A DNA stretch of 64,000 nucleotides from Nitrospirales bacterium (GTDB lineage: Bacteria; Nitrospirota; Nitrospiria; Nitrospirales; UBA8639), in assembly GCA_965223295.1 (NCBI GenBank), contig CBDCWC010000002.1:1504001-1568000 (forward strand), given 5' to 3'. A program made the translations under genes and the position numbers. The notes under the pieces are model-generated. The model was not told where the DNA came from. It did not search any database and was given only the letters and a program-made list of their open reading frames with translations. Position 1 is the stretch's first letter, and each line of letters begins with the position of its first letter. This document shows, in pieces, positions 10,037-19,891 of this stretch.

Positions 10037-10759
10037 TTATTGCCGCAGAGCTGTTGATGCCATGGAAACCCCTAACACCAAATGTGCGCGCCGATTTTTC
10101 TGATAACAGGGTTCGGTGGGATCCCAACAGGCAGGATTGTCTTTGCCAAACGACATGACATGAAGCCGCTCACTTGAGATCCCTAAACCGGTAAGATAAC
10201 TTTTTGTTCGAAGCGCACGTTTCTCACCCAATACATAGTTATAGGATGAGGTCCCGCGATTATCACAATGCCCTTCGATCGTCACTTCAGCCTCTGGATG
10301 AGCCTTCAGCCATTCAGCATTAGCCCGTAATATCGTTTTCGCTTGTTCATTCAGTTGGATACTATTAAACGCAAAATGAACATCTTCTAACCCACTATTC
10401 GCGGTAAACTGCTCGGCACGAGTCCGGTTGAGCCAGTAATCATCAAGTGCGCCACCTTCATTTTGCTCGTTTCCAAATTGCGGATCCTCTTCAATAAAGG
10501 TGTTTTCATCCAGAAGATCAGAAAATGTTTCGGAGCCAGAAGGAAAATACCCTTCGCCGTTGGCCAACTCCCCAGACTTCCTGTTCGATCGCGTGAGATC
10601 TGAGGCCGTAGGTTGATGCGCGACCATCCTTGCCTTGTCAATGTTTTTCGAATAGCGATGGCTTCCATGGGAAGTGCGACTGCCACAACCCATAAGCAGA
10701 ATAATCATCGTCGCCACAAGGCCCCAGGCCAATATTCTCGACAATTGTACACGCATCAT
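10037..10759 (-). CDS. pal: Pal/OmpA-family peptidoglycan-associated lipoprotein
   Basis: Lipobox LMGC; IEGHCDNRGTSSYNYVLGEKRA and NRRA motifs. Confidence 0.85.
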   Translation of the reverse strand: MMRVQLSRILAWGLVATMIILLMGCGSRTSHGSHRYSKNIDKARMVAHQPTASDLTRSNRKSGELANGEGYFPSGSETFSDLLDENTFIEEDPQFGNEQNEGGALDDYWLNRTRAEQFTANSGLEDVHFAFNSIQLNEQAKTILRANAEWLKAHPEAEVTIEGHCDNRGTSSYNYVLGEKRALRTKSYLTGLGISSERLHVMSFGKDNPACWDPTEPCYQKNRRAHLVLGVSMASTALRQ

Positions 10760-10839
10760 GAATCATCACTCCTTTTTTACCTTAAAACGGATTTACCAAT
10801 ATTTCCCTTAGAGAGATGTAATCCCTCAAACAACTTGCA

Positions 10840-10855
10840 AGCAAAAACAGGACCA
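10840..10855 (-). promoter_or_regulatory. Putative sigma54 -24/-12 promoter of pal-cpoB
   Basis: TGGTCC-TGTTT-TTGCT with exact GG-N10-GC spacing, about 80 bp upstream of the start codon. Confidence 0.6.
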
Positions 10856-11247
10856 GAAAAAATGAAGGAGGAATTTTTAGAGTAAAGAACAACAACAATA
10901 GCGACAGGGGCCACTTGGACGCTGAAAACTCAGGCGCTTCGTCAGACAAAAACCCTGTCAATTTACTATTGCGCCTGCGGAGTTATGCTGATTCTCAGCC
11001 GGGAAAACACAGAAAGATTAGAGGAATCGTTCAGTCTCAAAAAAGGGTTGAGTCAGACATATTGGAGAGAACAGCTTGCTGAACCCATGGATTTCTACCG
11101 GCTTATCCCATCTCCATCATGCAGCTTTTTCTCAACAATCGTAGCTTTTCTTCAACGAACGCCCTGTCGCATCACAATATCTCTAAATTTTAGGAGACAG
11201 GAAGTGCCCGTTCAACAGAGAGAAAGTAAACATACGAGAAGATGCCC

Positions 11248-13335
11248 TTACTCAAGATTCCATTCGGGAGTCGCAAAATACCAGCACTTTCCCCCATGGT
11301 CTTTAGCTCGATACATGGCCTGATCCGCCGTAGCCAACAACTGACGGATATTCGTGGAATCTTTTGGATACACAGCAATACCGATGCTCGTTTGCACCGA
11401 AATATCCTGGCCAGCCAAATGGATGGGTGGAGTCAAACGGTCGACGATTTTCTGAGCCACTTGTCGTATGTCTTGGATCCGCTCCAGCCCCTGCAAAATG
11501 ACAGTAAACTCATCACCGCTGAGACGGGATACGGTATCAGTCGTCCGGACACAAGTCACCAGCCGTTTAGCGACGACCCGTAACAGGCGATCGCCCATTT
11601 GATGTCCATATTGATCATTGATCGATTTGAAATTATCCAAATCCAAGAAAAGGAGCGCCAGCAAGCCGCCACTGCGCCTTGCCTGGGCGACCGCCAATTG
11701 TAAGCGATCTTCAAACATGATGCGATTCGGTAAATCGGTTAAAGCATCATGATAGGCTTGATGCTTCATTTGCATCTCTGCCACCGTGCGTGCCGTCACA
11801 TCATGAAGAAGCACGACAAAATGCGTGGTGGCTCCATCTACATCTACTAATGGCGTCAAGACCTGCTCCAAAACGATCGACTCGCCATTTCTCCCTTTTT
11901 CCATCACTTCAGTTTTCACACAACCCATTGCCGTCGGTTTGGAAATGAGCGTCGGCCAAACTTCTTGAAGTTGCGCATGTGGGAAAGAACCCAAGGACGT
12001 TCCTAGGACCTGCTGAAACTCCCCGCCCAACAATTTCGTATAGGCCTGGTTTACCCATTCGATTCGACCCTGCGGATCCGTCACACATACCGCATCGTGA
12101 ACTGACCCAATGACAGCACTATGAAGTCGTAACTGCTCTATCTCCAACCCACGCACCATCAATCTTTCAATCTGATGTCCCAAAGATTGCACCCATTCTC
12201 GAACAGGGGTATCAAACGCCTCGGGGATCGCCGAACACACAACCAAAAGACCTGAGGTCTCTCCCAGACCCGCCAAGGGCAAGCAATAGGCTTCCCGACA
12301 TTGAAAGCCTGACGGAAACCATGCAAATTCACCCGTATGCGGAGCATCACCAGAAACCACTGTCCCTTCAGACGCGACACAAGCCTGCGCCAACACCCCT
12401 TGTCTGGAAATCTGCGACCACCAGCCTGGGCCTTGAGCATCCCAATCCAGACCAGACGTTGATGCCTGAGCCCGCAATTGAACACGTTGCCCATTCTGAA
12501 CCGTCGCAATCCAAACAAATGGGTATCCAAACGTTTGTACCAACTCATGACAGATTCGCATGAGACATCCCTTGACGCTACGACCATTCAATAACTCTGC
12601 TTCAAGTTCCGGCACTAACTGAGACAGGGAAAAAGTCGGAGCCACGCCAACATGCTTTCGCAGGTCCCAATGCCAAGAGGTGACTTTTCCAGACTGATCC
12701 CACATAGGGGTGATGAGACAGGTCATTTTTTGCAAAGATCCTTCTGATAAAGCCAGACTCACGATCCAAGAAACGGATCCCTGTGGTGACTCCATCGTCT
12801 TCAAATGCTGGCGAATGAGTCTCCATTCCTCGTAGGGAATTCTTTCAGCAAAGGAAACTGTTCCAATACTCAACCTATCCAAATCCAATGCATCGACTGC
12901 TGCATCATTGGCCATCAGGATCACACCGTCACATGAAGTCAGGACATGCATTGGACCACGAGGAAGAGGAACGGACTCAAGGACTTTAGGGGGTGAAGAA
13001 GAAGGGGAAATCCCCCACTCGTCAAGATCACTGGGGCTGGGGGATTCGGCAAGAATATCCCTAAGCCTACCGGTTAACCGCTCTAAGGCTTGACTGAGAT
13101 CTCGTTCTTGTCTCGATTCTAGATCATTTGGTTCACTATCTTGATCCCGTAAAGATTGTTGGAGCAACTGCTGAAGTTGTTGAAATGTGGCCGAGGGCCT
13201 TGTCACATTAGTGGAAGAAGCAGGAAAATCTTCTGATGAATGTGAGAGCTGGGAACTCAATCTATGCAATCCTTTGTTACACCAAACAGAAAGCGTCCCC
13301 TTCAATACAATGAGGGGTATCGCTGCAATGACCAA
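11248..13335 (-). CDS. PAS/GAF/PAS diguanylate cyclase
   Basis: HDALTDLPNR, LDLDNFKSINDQYGH, RTTD I-site and SGDEF active-site motif. Confidence 0.9.
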   Translation of the reverse strand: MVIAAIPLIVLKGTLSVWCNKGLHRLSSQLSHSSEDFPASSTNVTRPSATFQQLQQLLQQSLRDQDSEPNDLESRQERDLSQALERLTGRLRDILAESPSPSDLDEWGISPSSSPPKVLESVPLPRGPMHVLTSCDGVILMANDAAVDALDLDRLSIGTVSFAERIPYEEWRLIRQHLKTMESPQGSVSWIVSLALSEGSLQKMTCLITPMWDQSGKVTSWHWDLRKHVGVAPTFSLSQLVPELEAELLNGRSVKGCLMRICHELVQTFGYPFVWIATVQNGQRVQLRAQASTSGLDWDAQGPGWWSQISRQGVLAQACVASEGTVVSGDAPHTGEFAWFPSGFQCREAYCLPLAGLGETSGLLVVCSAIPEAFDTPVREWVQSLGHQIERLMVRGLEIEQLRLHSAVIGSVHDAVCVTDPQGRIEWVNQAYTKLLGGEFQQVLGTSLGSFPHAQLQEVWPTLISKPTAMGCVKTEVMEKGRNGESIVLEQVLTPLVDVDGATTHFVVLLHDVTARTVAEMQMKHQAYHDALTDLPNRIMFEDRLQLAVAQARRSGGLLALLFLDLDNFKSINDQYGHQMGDRLLRVVAKRLVTCVRTTDTVSRLSGDEFTVILQGLERIQDIRQVAQKIVDRLTPPIHLAGQDISVQTSIGIAVYPKDSTNIRQLLATADQAMYRAKDHGGKCWYFATPEWNLE

Positions 13336-13395
13336 ACATCCGCACCTTAACGATTCACCTACACGACTATTCTATACAACTCCCAGCCGAAAGAA

Positions 13396-14142
13396 TCAAT
13401 TGGTCGCGCCAGATGGTAACGTCATTAAGCCAGCTTCCCAATCGGCCTGAGCTTGCGAATATCGGTCCACAGTCCCGATATCCGACCAGTAACCAACATG
13501 AACAAACCCCAACAAACGAGAACCTTCAGAAAGTGCACGCGTATAGGAATCAATAATAGAAAAAGGGATTCCCGTTGGCTCATCCTTAAAAATTAGGGGG
13601 TGCAGAATATGGACCCCCGCAAACATTCGTGGAATGATCGAACAGTTGACCTGACTCTCTTCAACACCCTGTCCATTAATTCGAAAAATCCGCCCTTTTG
13701 GATCGGTTTCGACTGTACCCCATTGCGCAGCATGAGGATCATCTCGCAACACGAGCGAAGCCACACCGCCATGTGAATGATGAAAATTCAGGAACGCCGA
13801 CAGATCTAGGTCTATTAACGTATCGCCATTCATCACAAGAAAAGATTCGCCTTCGAAAAACCATTCCGCCGCTTTCAACCCACCTCCCGTTCCCAACAAT
13901 TCTGATTCATGAGAATATGAAATCTTCATATCCCAACATGACCCATCACCTATTGACTCTTCAATCATAGACCCTAAATAATGCAGATTAATTATCACCT
14001 CCCGAATCCCGCTCGCCCGCAATCGCAACAAATTCCACTCAAGCAACGGCATCCCTCCAACAGACAACAAGGGCTTTGGAATGGTCTCGGTCAAAGGCCG
14101 AAGGCGTGTGCCTAATCCTGCGGCTAAAATCATCGCCTTCAT
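13396..14142 (-). CDS. murU: MurNAc-alpha-1-P uridylyltransferase-like nucleotidyltransferase
   Basis: MKAMILAAGLGTRLRPLT...PKPL; adjacent to amgK-like kinase. Confidence 0.75.
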   Translation of the reverse strand: MKAMILAAGLGTRLRPLTETIPKPLLSVGGMPLLEWNLLRLRASGIREVIINLHYLGSMIEESIGDGSCWDMKISYSHESELLGTGGGLKAAEWFFEGESFLVMNGDTLIDLDLSAFLNFHHSHGGVASLVLRDDPHAAQWGTVETDPKGRIFRINGQGVEESQVNCSIIPRMFAGVHILHPLIFKDEPTGIPFSIIDSYTRALSEGSRLLGFVHVGYWSDIGTVDRYSQAQADWEAGLMTLPSGATN

Positions 14143-14143
14143 A

Positions 14144-15265
14144 TTAAAACACTGATGACCATTCGGGAATGTAGGGAGAAAGATGTTTCAGCAAACGATG
14201 AAGTTCAGGGTACTTTGTCAAATTAGCATGAACGTTTTGTAATGTTCGGGGTATCGATGCCAAAAAATTTGAGTTACCTTTCACGCGATCAATATACACA
14301 AACCGTCCTGCGGCTTTTAGGTTTCGCTGAATACTGCTGTAATCGAATAGTCGCCGAAAGGTATCGGCATCATTCAAATACATCACTGTCTGTTGAGATG
14401 ATGGAATCACGCAGCACATCTTCTCCCGATAATAGACCAGAAGTTCATCAATCAACGATTCATCTAACGCTATGTATGAATCTCGCAAGAGCGAGGCCAA
14501 ATCATAGGTAATTGGCCCCATCAAGGCATCCTGAAAATCAATCAGACCCAAACGCGTATGATCCACCATCAAATTTCGGGAATGAAAATCTCGATGCGTG
14601 AACACGAGCGGTTGCTCAGCTAACCATTGGGCCATTGTTGTAAATTCTTCTTGGATCGGCAAAAAATCGTCAGCGCACATTGGTTTGCCTTGACGAGCCA
14701 CAATTCCATATTCTAAGAAATGTTCAAATTCCCACAAATACAATGGCACATCAAACGAACGTGAGAATGCCAGGCAGGAAGAATCCTGGTGTTTAATGCT
14801 TTGCGTCTGCAACTGCACCAACACATCAATGGCTTGTCGATACCATCGCTCAAGAAGCTCTCTCGTGCCCCCCTGACAGGCTTGCGCCAACGTCACATCT
14901 CCAAAATCTTCCAAATACAAAAGGCCAGCGGGTTCATCATAAAAATATAAAACTGGCACGGAAATATCGAACGACTGCAAATACTTCAACACATTAATGA
15001 AGGGCAACTCTGAAATTTCTTGTTCATTCCCACTCACAGCTTCTTCAGAAGCCTTAAATCCTTCAGGATCGGCTAATTGCATAAGAATAAGAGAAGACAC
15101 TGAAGCTCCGGAAAGGTGCAAACGATAATACCGGCGGTTGGAAGCATCCCCAGCGAGTGGGACAAGCTTCTCTAAGGTACTAGCAAAAGGAAGAGAACTC
15201 TGAAGGGAAAAAGAAACCCGCGAATGATCAAGGGAAGGGGGAGACGAAATCTGTTGAGATCCCAT
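14144..15265 (-). CDS. amgK: Anomeric MurNAc/GlcNAc kinase (APH-like phosphotransferase)
   Basis: AGDASNRRYYR, HRDFHSRNLM and IDFQDA motifs. Confidence 0.8.
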   Translation of the reverse strand: MGSQQISSPPSLDHSRVSFSLQSSLPFASTLEKLVPLAGDASNRRYYRLHLSGASVSSLILMQLADPEGFKASEEAVSGNEQEISELPFINVLKYLQSFDISVPVLYFYDEPAGLLYLEDFGDVTLAQACQGGTRELLERWYRQAIDVLVQLQTQSIKHQDSSCLAFSRSFDVPLYLWEFEHFLEYGIVARQGKPMCADDFLPIQEEFTTMAQWLAEQPLVFTHRDFHSRNLMVDHTRLGLIDFQDALMGPITYDLASLLRDSYIALDESLIDELLVYYREKMCCVIPSSQQTVMYLNDADTFRRLFDYSSIQRNLKAAGRFVYIDRVKGNSNFLASIPRTLQNVHANLTKYPELHRLLKHLSPYIPEWSSVF

Positions 15266-15303
15266 TTTCGCCGATTATACGACTAACCCGCATTCTTGTC
15301 ATC

Positions 15304-15384
15304 TTTTTAGGGGTCAGACTCGAATTATTTTTCTTGACTAGAATTAGATGAGACTCAAATTAATTCGAGTCTGACCCCTAAAAA
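15304..15384. repeat. REP-like palindrome, GGGGTCAGACTCGA family, copy 1
   Basis: Perfect 24-bp inverted repeat TTTTTAGGGGTCAGACTCGAATTA with 33-bp spacer. Confidence 0.85.
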
Positions 15385-15386
15385 CA

Positions 15387-15418
15387 ACGCGGGCTTCATC
15401 ACGTGATGAAGCCCGCGT
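15387..15418 (-). terminator. Intrinsic terminator of the PEP-CTERM gene
   Basis: ACGCGGGCTTCATCACGTGATGAAGCCCGCGT palindrome followed by TGTTTTT on the minus strand. Confidence 0.7.
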
Positions 15419-15439
15419 ACAGTCTCTTTAGTGAAGTCG

Positions 15440-16090
15440 TTAGGCTTCGCTCTTGGCACCTTTCTTCCAGCGCCAGAAACTGAGTCCAGCCAGCCCGGAT
15501 CCCATTAAGAACATCGTACCAGGCTCTGGAGTCGCCGTCGTACCACCACACCCAGGATCACCAGGCTGACAACCGCCGCCATCAATAGTAAAGAAAGAAA
15601 TAGTTCCGTGGGAAAGGCCTTGCGGAATCCCCTTCTTATTCAAAGAGACGCCATTCGTATTCCAGGTTCCTCCGCTAGTCAAAATTCCGCCCTCAAAGTA
15701 ATAGGCACTCCAATGGGTCGAAGACTTTAGACTTAAGACAAGAGGAATATCCGTCTCAGGGGTAATCGACCAGGTTCCCGAACTCCCGGAGCCTGTAATA
15801 TCAAAATTGAGAGTATTCAAACCTGCATCAATCGCATTACTATCTACATCGTACTTAGCATCAAAGGTCCAATTGGTGATACCGCCAAAAACACCAGTGT
15901 TAATCTCACTCAACAACACTGCCCCATCCATAGCCCCTTCATTTCCATCAAACGCGCCAATACATGCATCAAAATTTCCGCGACCATCAGCCGTCACTGT
16001 GCCATCCATACAGTTCACAGCTTGTGCCTGCGTACTGAAACCAAATACCAGGATACAACTTAATAATCCAATTGTCTTTTTCATAACCAA
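15440..16090 (-). CDS. PEP-CTERM sorting domain surface protein
   Basis: Signal peptide ending AQA; C-terminal TPEPGTMFLMGSGLAGLSFWRWKK. Confidence 0.92.
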   Translation of the reverse strand: MVMKKTIGLLSCILVFGFSTQAQAVNCMDGTVTADGRGNFDACIGAFDGNEGAMDGAVLLSEINTGVFGGITNWTFDAKYDVDSNAIDAGLNTLNFDITGSGSSGTWSITPETDIPLVLSLKSSTHWSAYYFEGGILTSGGTWNTNGVSLNKKGIPQGLSHGTISFFTIDGGGCQPGDPGCGGTTATPEPGTMFLMGSGLAGLSFWRWKKGAKSEA

Positions 16091-16162
16091 ATCCTTTCAA
16101 AAATTAATAAGGGTTCTAGAATGATTACCATGAACATTATGACTCACAAGAATCATACACAA

Positions 16163-16178
16163 TGCATGGGCTATGCCA
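16163..16178 (-). promoter_or_regulatory. Putative sigma54 promoter of the PEP-CTERM gene
   Basis: TGGCAT-AGCCC-ATGCA with correct spacing. Confidence 0.65.
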
Positions 16179-16474
16179 GGAACACACATTGAAGATTAGA
16201 TTTGCAAACCATTGTTTTCATAAATTTTTTTGAATTTCCCATCAATGAACTTGGTAGGGTTTCAGTCAAACGTAGCTTGTGTAGTTGGAGAAGAGCGACC
16301 GAATATGCTGAATTGGCTAAGAAGAAAAACGATGGAAACGAATGATGAGGGAAGTTAAAAGACGACAAATTTGACTAAAATGTATTCGCCTGAGGTCGAC
16401 CCCAAAAACCCCAATACTTTCAAGGTGTTTCAAGCCATCGCAATGTCGAAAATATAGACAATGAAGCGAAAGAT

Positions 16475-16501
16475 TAAAGATTTACAAAAAAATGACGAAA
16501 G
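16475..16501 (+). promoter_or_regulatory. Possible sigma28 (FliA) promoter
   Basis: TAAA-N15-GACGAAAG versus consensus TAAA-N15-GCCGATAA. Confidence 0.4.
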
Positions 16502-16565
16502 ATATAAGAAGGGATAAAAACGCCATTGAAATTAGCCAATCACTTCTCAACTTCAGAGGTGCGTT

Positions 16566-16766
16566 ATGGAAATCAATAACTTTCCTCCTCCTTCATCTAT
16601 TGCCCCTGTTCGGGCGCCGGCAAAGGTAGAAGACGGCGACGCTGGACCTAATAGCCCATACTATCGCCGTCGCCAGAAAAAGCAAAAAGGCGCACAGGAC
16701 AAACAGGAACAGGATCCCTCACCTCGCATCGAGGGTTCACCTTCCCGCATCGATATCCGAGTCTAG
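16566..16766 (+). CDS. Small disordered protein with C-terminal IDIRV motif
   Basis: GAGG RBS; 66 aa; fills an intergenic gap. Confidence 0.6.
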   Translation: MEINNFPPPSSIAPVRAPAKVEDGDAGPNSPYYRRRQKKQKGAQDKQEQDPSPRIEGSPSRIDIRV

Positions 16767-17052
16767 CCAATTCAAAAATTGGTGCCACATTCTCCTTATT
16801 CGCGAATCCCCGCTCTTTTCTTTTAGCTCAAGATTCTTGTGCCCGATAAAGATAGGAACAGAGATCACGTAGAAATGCCGTTACGGCATCAGGAATGTTA
16901 TCAAACAGATCATTGTGCCTGAGAAACATCATTCTAGATTTTGCGGCAAATGAATAAAATTACCACTATATATAGTATTTTCCTCACAAGTTGGGTATAT
17001 TGGCGCGGTACGTCTAAAAATTACCCATTTATTGAAATGAAATAGGAGTTTC

Positions 17053-18915
17053 ATGAGCTATAAGAATATTGGGGATTACGGCATTATTGGAGATTTGCAT
17101 ACCATCGCCTTAGTTGGAATTGACGGCTCGATTGATTGGTGCTGCCTTCCACGGTTTGATTCACCTAGCATCTTTGGCGCGATTCTGGATCATAAAATTG
17201 GCGGGTTCTTTAAGATTGCCCCTGTACAAAAAGGGAACACTCGGCAAATGTATCTGCCGGAAACCAATATTCTCCTTACGCGTTTTCTTCAGCATGATGG
17301 TGTGGGAGAACTCACAGATTTCATGCCCGTGGAATCAGATGAAGCTGGATACCGCCCGCGCCGCCACCAAATTATCCGCACAATTTCGGTAGTTCGAGGT
17401 ACGGTGACCTTTCGTTTGGAATGTTCTCCGGCATTTAACTTTGGGCGTGACGCCCATGATATCGAGGTCCAACCCAAAGGCGTCATTTTTCAATCCGGAG
17501 ACCAATCGGTTGGATTAGTGAGTCCCATTCCTCTCAACACATGTGACGGTGCCGTCTCTCGCGAATTTACCGTTCAACAAGGGGAAAGCTTGACCTTCTT
17601 CTTAGAATATGTAGAAACCAAAAATGGCCAGCCTTTGCTCTCCACCCCTGAATCCGGCGAAGAAGCTTTTCGCAATACTTCGGCTTTTTGGCAACGCTGG
17701 CTCTCGCAATGCCAATATGATGGACGATGGCGGGAAGTGGTTCACCGCTCCGCCCTGACGCTTAAACTCCTGACGTACGCGCCAACAGGCGCTATCGTCG
17801 CTGCTCCCACGACAAGTTTGCCGGAACATATTGGTGGCCCACGTAACTGGGATTACCGCTATACGTGGATCCGCGATTCGGCCTTTGCACTCTATGGGCT
17901 TTTACGGTTGGGCTTTACGGTGGAAGCGGGGCGGTTCATGGAATGGATTAACGCTCGCTGCCATGAACTGAATCCCGATGGATCCATTCAACTCATGTAT
18001 GGAATCGATGGGCGCCGCAACTTGGAAGAACAAGAACTCTCTCATCTAGACGGGCATCGTAGCTCGCGTCCCGTGCGCATCGGCAATGGCGCGGCAGGCC
18101 AATTACAAATGGACATGTATGGCGCGTTAATGGATGCCGTGTATCTCTACAATAAACATGGCGCCTCGATTTCTTATGACCTCTGGGACAATCTCTGCCG
18201 TCTCTTGGATTTTGTCTGTGACAACTGGGAACAACCGGATGAAGGCATTTGGGAAGTTCGGGGCGGGCGCCAACATTTTGTTTATTCCAAAGTGATGTGC
18301 TGGGTGGCATTAGACCGAGGCATTCGTTTGGCCGACAAACGCGGATTCCCGGGCAACCGTGCTCGGTGGATGACCGAACGTGACCGTATTTACCGGGAAA
18401 TCATGGATCGAGGCTGGAACGCCAAAATCGGCGCCTTCGTCCAATCATACGACGGCGAGGCCTTGGATGCCGCTAATTTGATCATGCCCTTGGTCTTTTT
18501 TGTCTCGCCCACCGACCCACGCATGCTTTCGACCATCGACCGCACTTTGGAACAGTTAGCTCTGGGAAGCCTCGTCTATCGCTACGACACCAATACCGCT
18601 GCCGCCGATGGTTTGGAAGGTGAAGAAGGGACCTTTAGCATGTGTACCTTTTGGTTAGTCGAAGCTCTCACCAAAGCCGGTCGATTGACCGAAGCAAGAC
18701 TGATCTTTGAAAAGATGTTAAGCTATGCTAATCATCTTCGTTTATATGCCGAGGAGGTCTCACATTCCGGTGAGCAGTTGGGCAACTTTCCACAGGCATT
18801 TACCCATTTTGGGCTTATCACCGCCGCCTGTAATTTAGACTTGGCGCTCAATACGAAACGAGCCGCCCACACTGTCGCCCGCCGGAATCGACCCGCTCCG
18901 TATTCATCGCACTAA
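17053..18915 (+). CDS. Glycoside hydrolase family 15 (trehalase/glucoamylase-like)
   Basis: NWDYRYTWIRD, DEGIWEVRG and GNFPQAFTH motifs. Confidence 0.92.
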   Translation: MSYKNIGDYGIIGDLHTIALVGIDGSIDWCCLPRFDSPSIFGAILDHKIGGFFKIAPVQKGNTRQMYLPETNILLTRFLQHDGVGELTDFMPVESDEAGYRPRRHQIIRTISVVRGTVTFRLECSPAFNFGRDAHDIEVQPKGVIFQSGDQSVGLVSPIPLNTCDGAVSREFTVQQGESLTFFLEYVETKNGQPLLSTPESGEEAFRNTSAFWQRWLSQCQYDGRWREVVHRSALTLKLLTYAPTGAIVAAPTTSLPEHIGGPRNWDYRYTWIRDSAFALYGLLRLGFTVEAGRFMEWINARCHELNPDGSIQLMYGIDGRRNLEEQELSHLDGHRSSRPVRIGNGAAGQLQMDMYGALMDAVYLYNKHGASISYDLWDNLCRLLDFVCDNWEQPDEGIWEVRGGRQHFVYSKVMCWVALDRGIRLADKRGFPGNRARWMTERDRIYREIMDRGWNAKIGAFVQSYDGEALDAANLIMPLVFFVSPTDPRMLSTIDRTLEQLALGSLVYRYDTNTAAADGLEGEEGTFSMCTFWLVEALTKAGRLTEARLIFEKMLSYANHLRLYAEEVSHSGEQLGNFPQAFTHFGLITAACNLDLALNTKRAAHTVARRNRPAPYSSH

Positions 18916-18977
18916 TTGTTACCCGTTCCCTGACCGACAAGATAGAGAGAAGTCGTTCTAACCCAAGGAGGGATGCA

Positions 18978-19871
18978 ATGGATATTGGATTTATCGGACT
19001 CGGCAAAATGGGCATGAATATGGTTACGCGCTTGACCCAGGGTGGGCATCGCGTTGTGGCGTTCGACCGATCGACAGACCTCATTACACAAGCCGAGGGC
19101 ATTGGCGCAACCGGCGCCACATCACTCGAAGACCTTGTCGCGAAACTCCCGCAACCCCGCGCGGTCTGGGTCATGGTGCCTTCTGGCGCACCCACCGAAG
19201 ACACGATCCGGCATTTGTGGTCTATTCTGGATAAAGGAGACCTTGTCATTGATGGCGGCAATTCCAAATTCCATGATGATGTTCGTCGTGCTGCAGATTT
19301 AAGCAAACGCGAGATTGATTATGTCGATGCTGGAACCAGTGGCGGTATTTGGGGCCTGCAGATTGGCTATTGTTTAATGGTCGGCGGTGAAAAGGGACCG
19401 GTCAATCGGCTTAAACCCATTTTCACAACGCTCGCTCCGCCTAATGGCTGGGCGCATGTGGGCGGCGTCGGTGCAGGGCATTATGTCAAAATGGTCCATA
19501 ACGGCATTGAATATAGCATCATGCAGGGATACGCAGAGGGTTTTGAGCTTATGTCCAAGTCTGATTACAATTTGGACCTTCACCGGATTGCCGACCTTTG
19601 GATGCAAGGCAGCGTCATCCGCTCGTGGCTTTTGGAATTGGCTGTTGGCGAACTCAAAGAAGACCCCAAACTGGACAAACTCAAAGGTTATGTCCAAGAT
19701 TCTGGTGAAGGGCGCTGGATGCTCATGGAGGCCTTGGATAAGGACGTACCTGTTCCCACTCTTTCAAGCGCCTTGTTCACTCGATTTCGTTCCCGACAGG
19801 ATGAATCGTTTTCTGAAAAAATGCTGGCCGCCTTACGCAATGCCTTTGGCGGGCATAGCGTAAAGCGATAA
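18978..19871 (+). CDS. gnd: 6-phosphogluconate dehydrogenase, decarboxylating (short form)
   Basis: GFIGLGKMG, DGGNS and GHYVKMVHNGIEY motifs. Confidence 0.95.
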   Translation: MDIGFIGLGKMGMNMVTRLTQGGHRVVAFDRSTDLITQAEGIGATGATSLEDLVAKLPQPRAVWVMVPSGAPTEDTIRHLWSILDKGDLVIDGGNSKFHDDVRRAADLSKREIDYVDAGTSGGIWGLQIGYCLMVGGEKGPVNRLKPIFTTLAPPNGWAHVGGVGAGHYVKMVHNGIEYSIMQGYAEGFELMSKSDYNLDLHRIADLWMQGSVIRSWLLELAVGELKEDPKLDKLKGYVQDSGEGRWMLMEALDKDVPVPTLSSALFTRFRSRQDESFSEKMLAALRNAFGGHSVKR

Positions 19872-19891
19872 CCCAATTTCCGAGGTGCCAC

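Noticed and set aside
16384-16403. Degenerate REP arm that would bracket the PEP-CTERM gene
   Set aside because: Only GACCCC and a few other bases match, which is within chance
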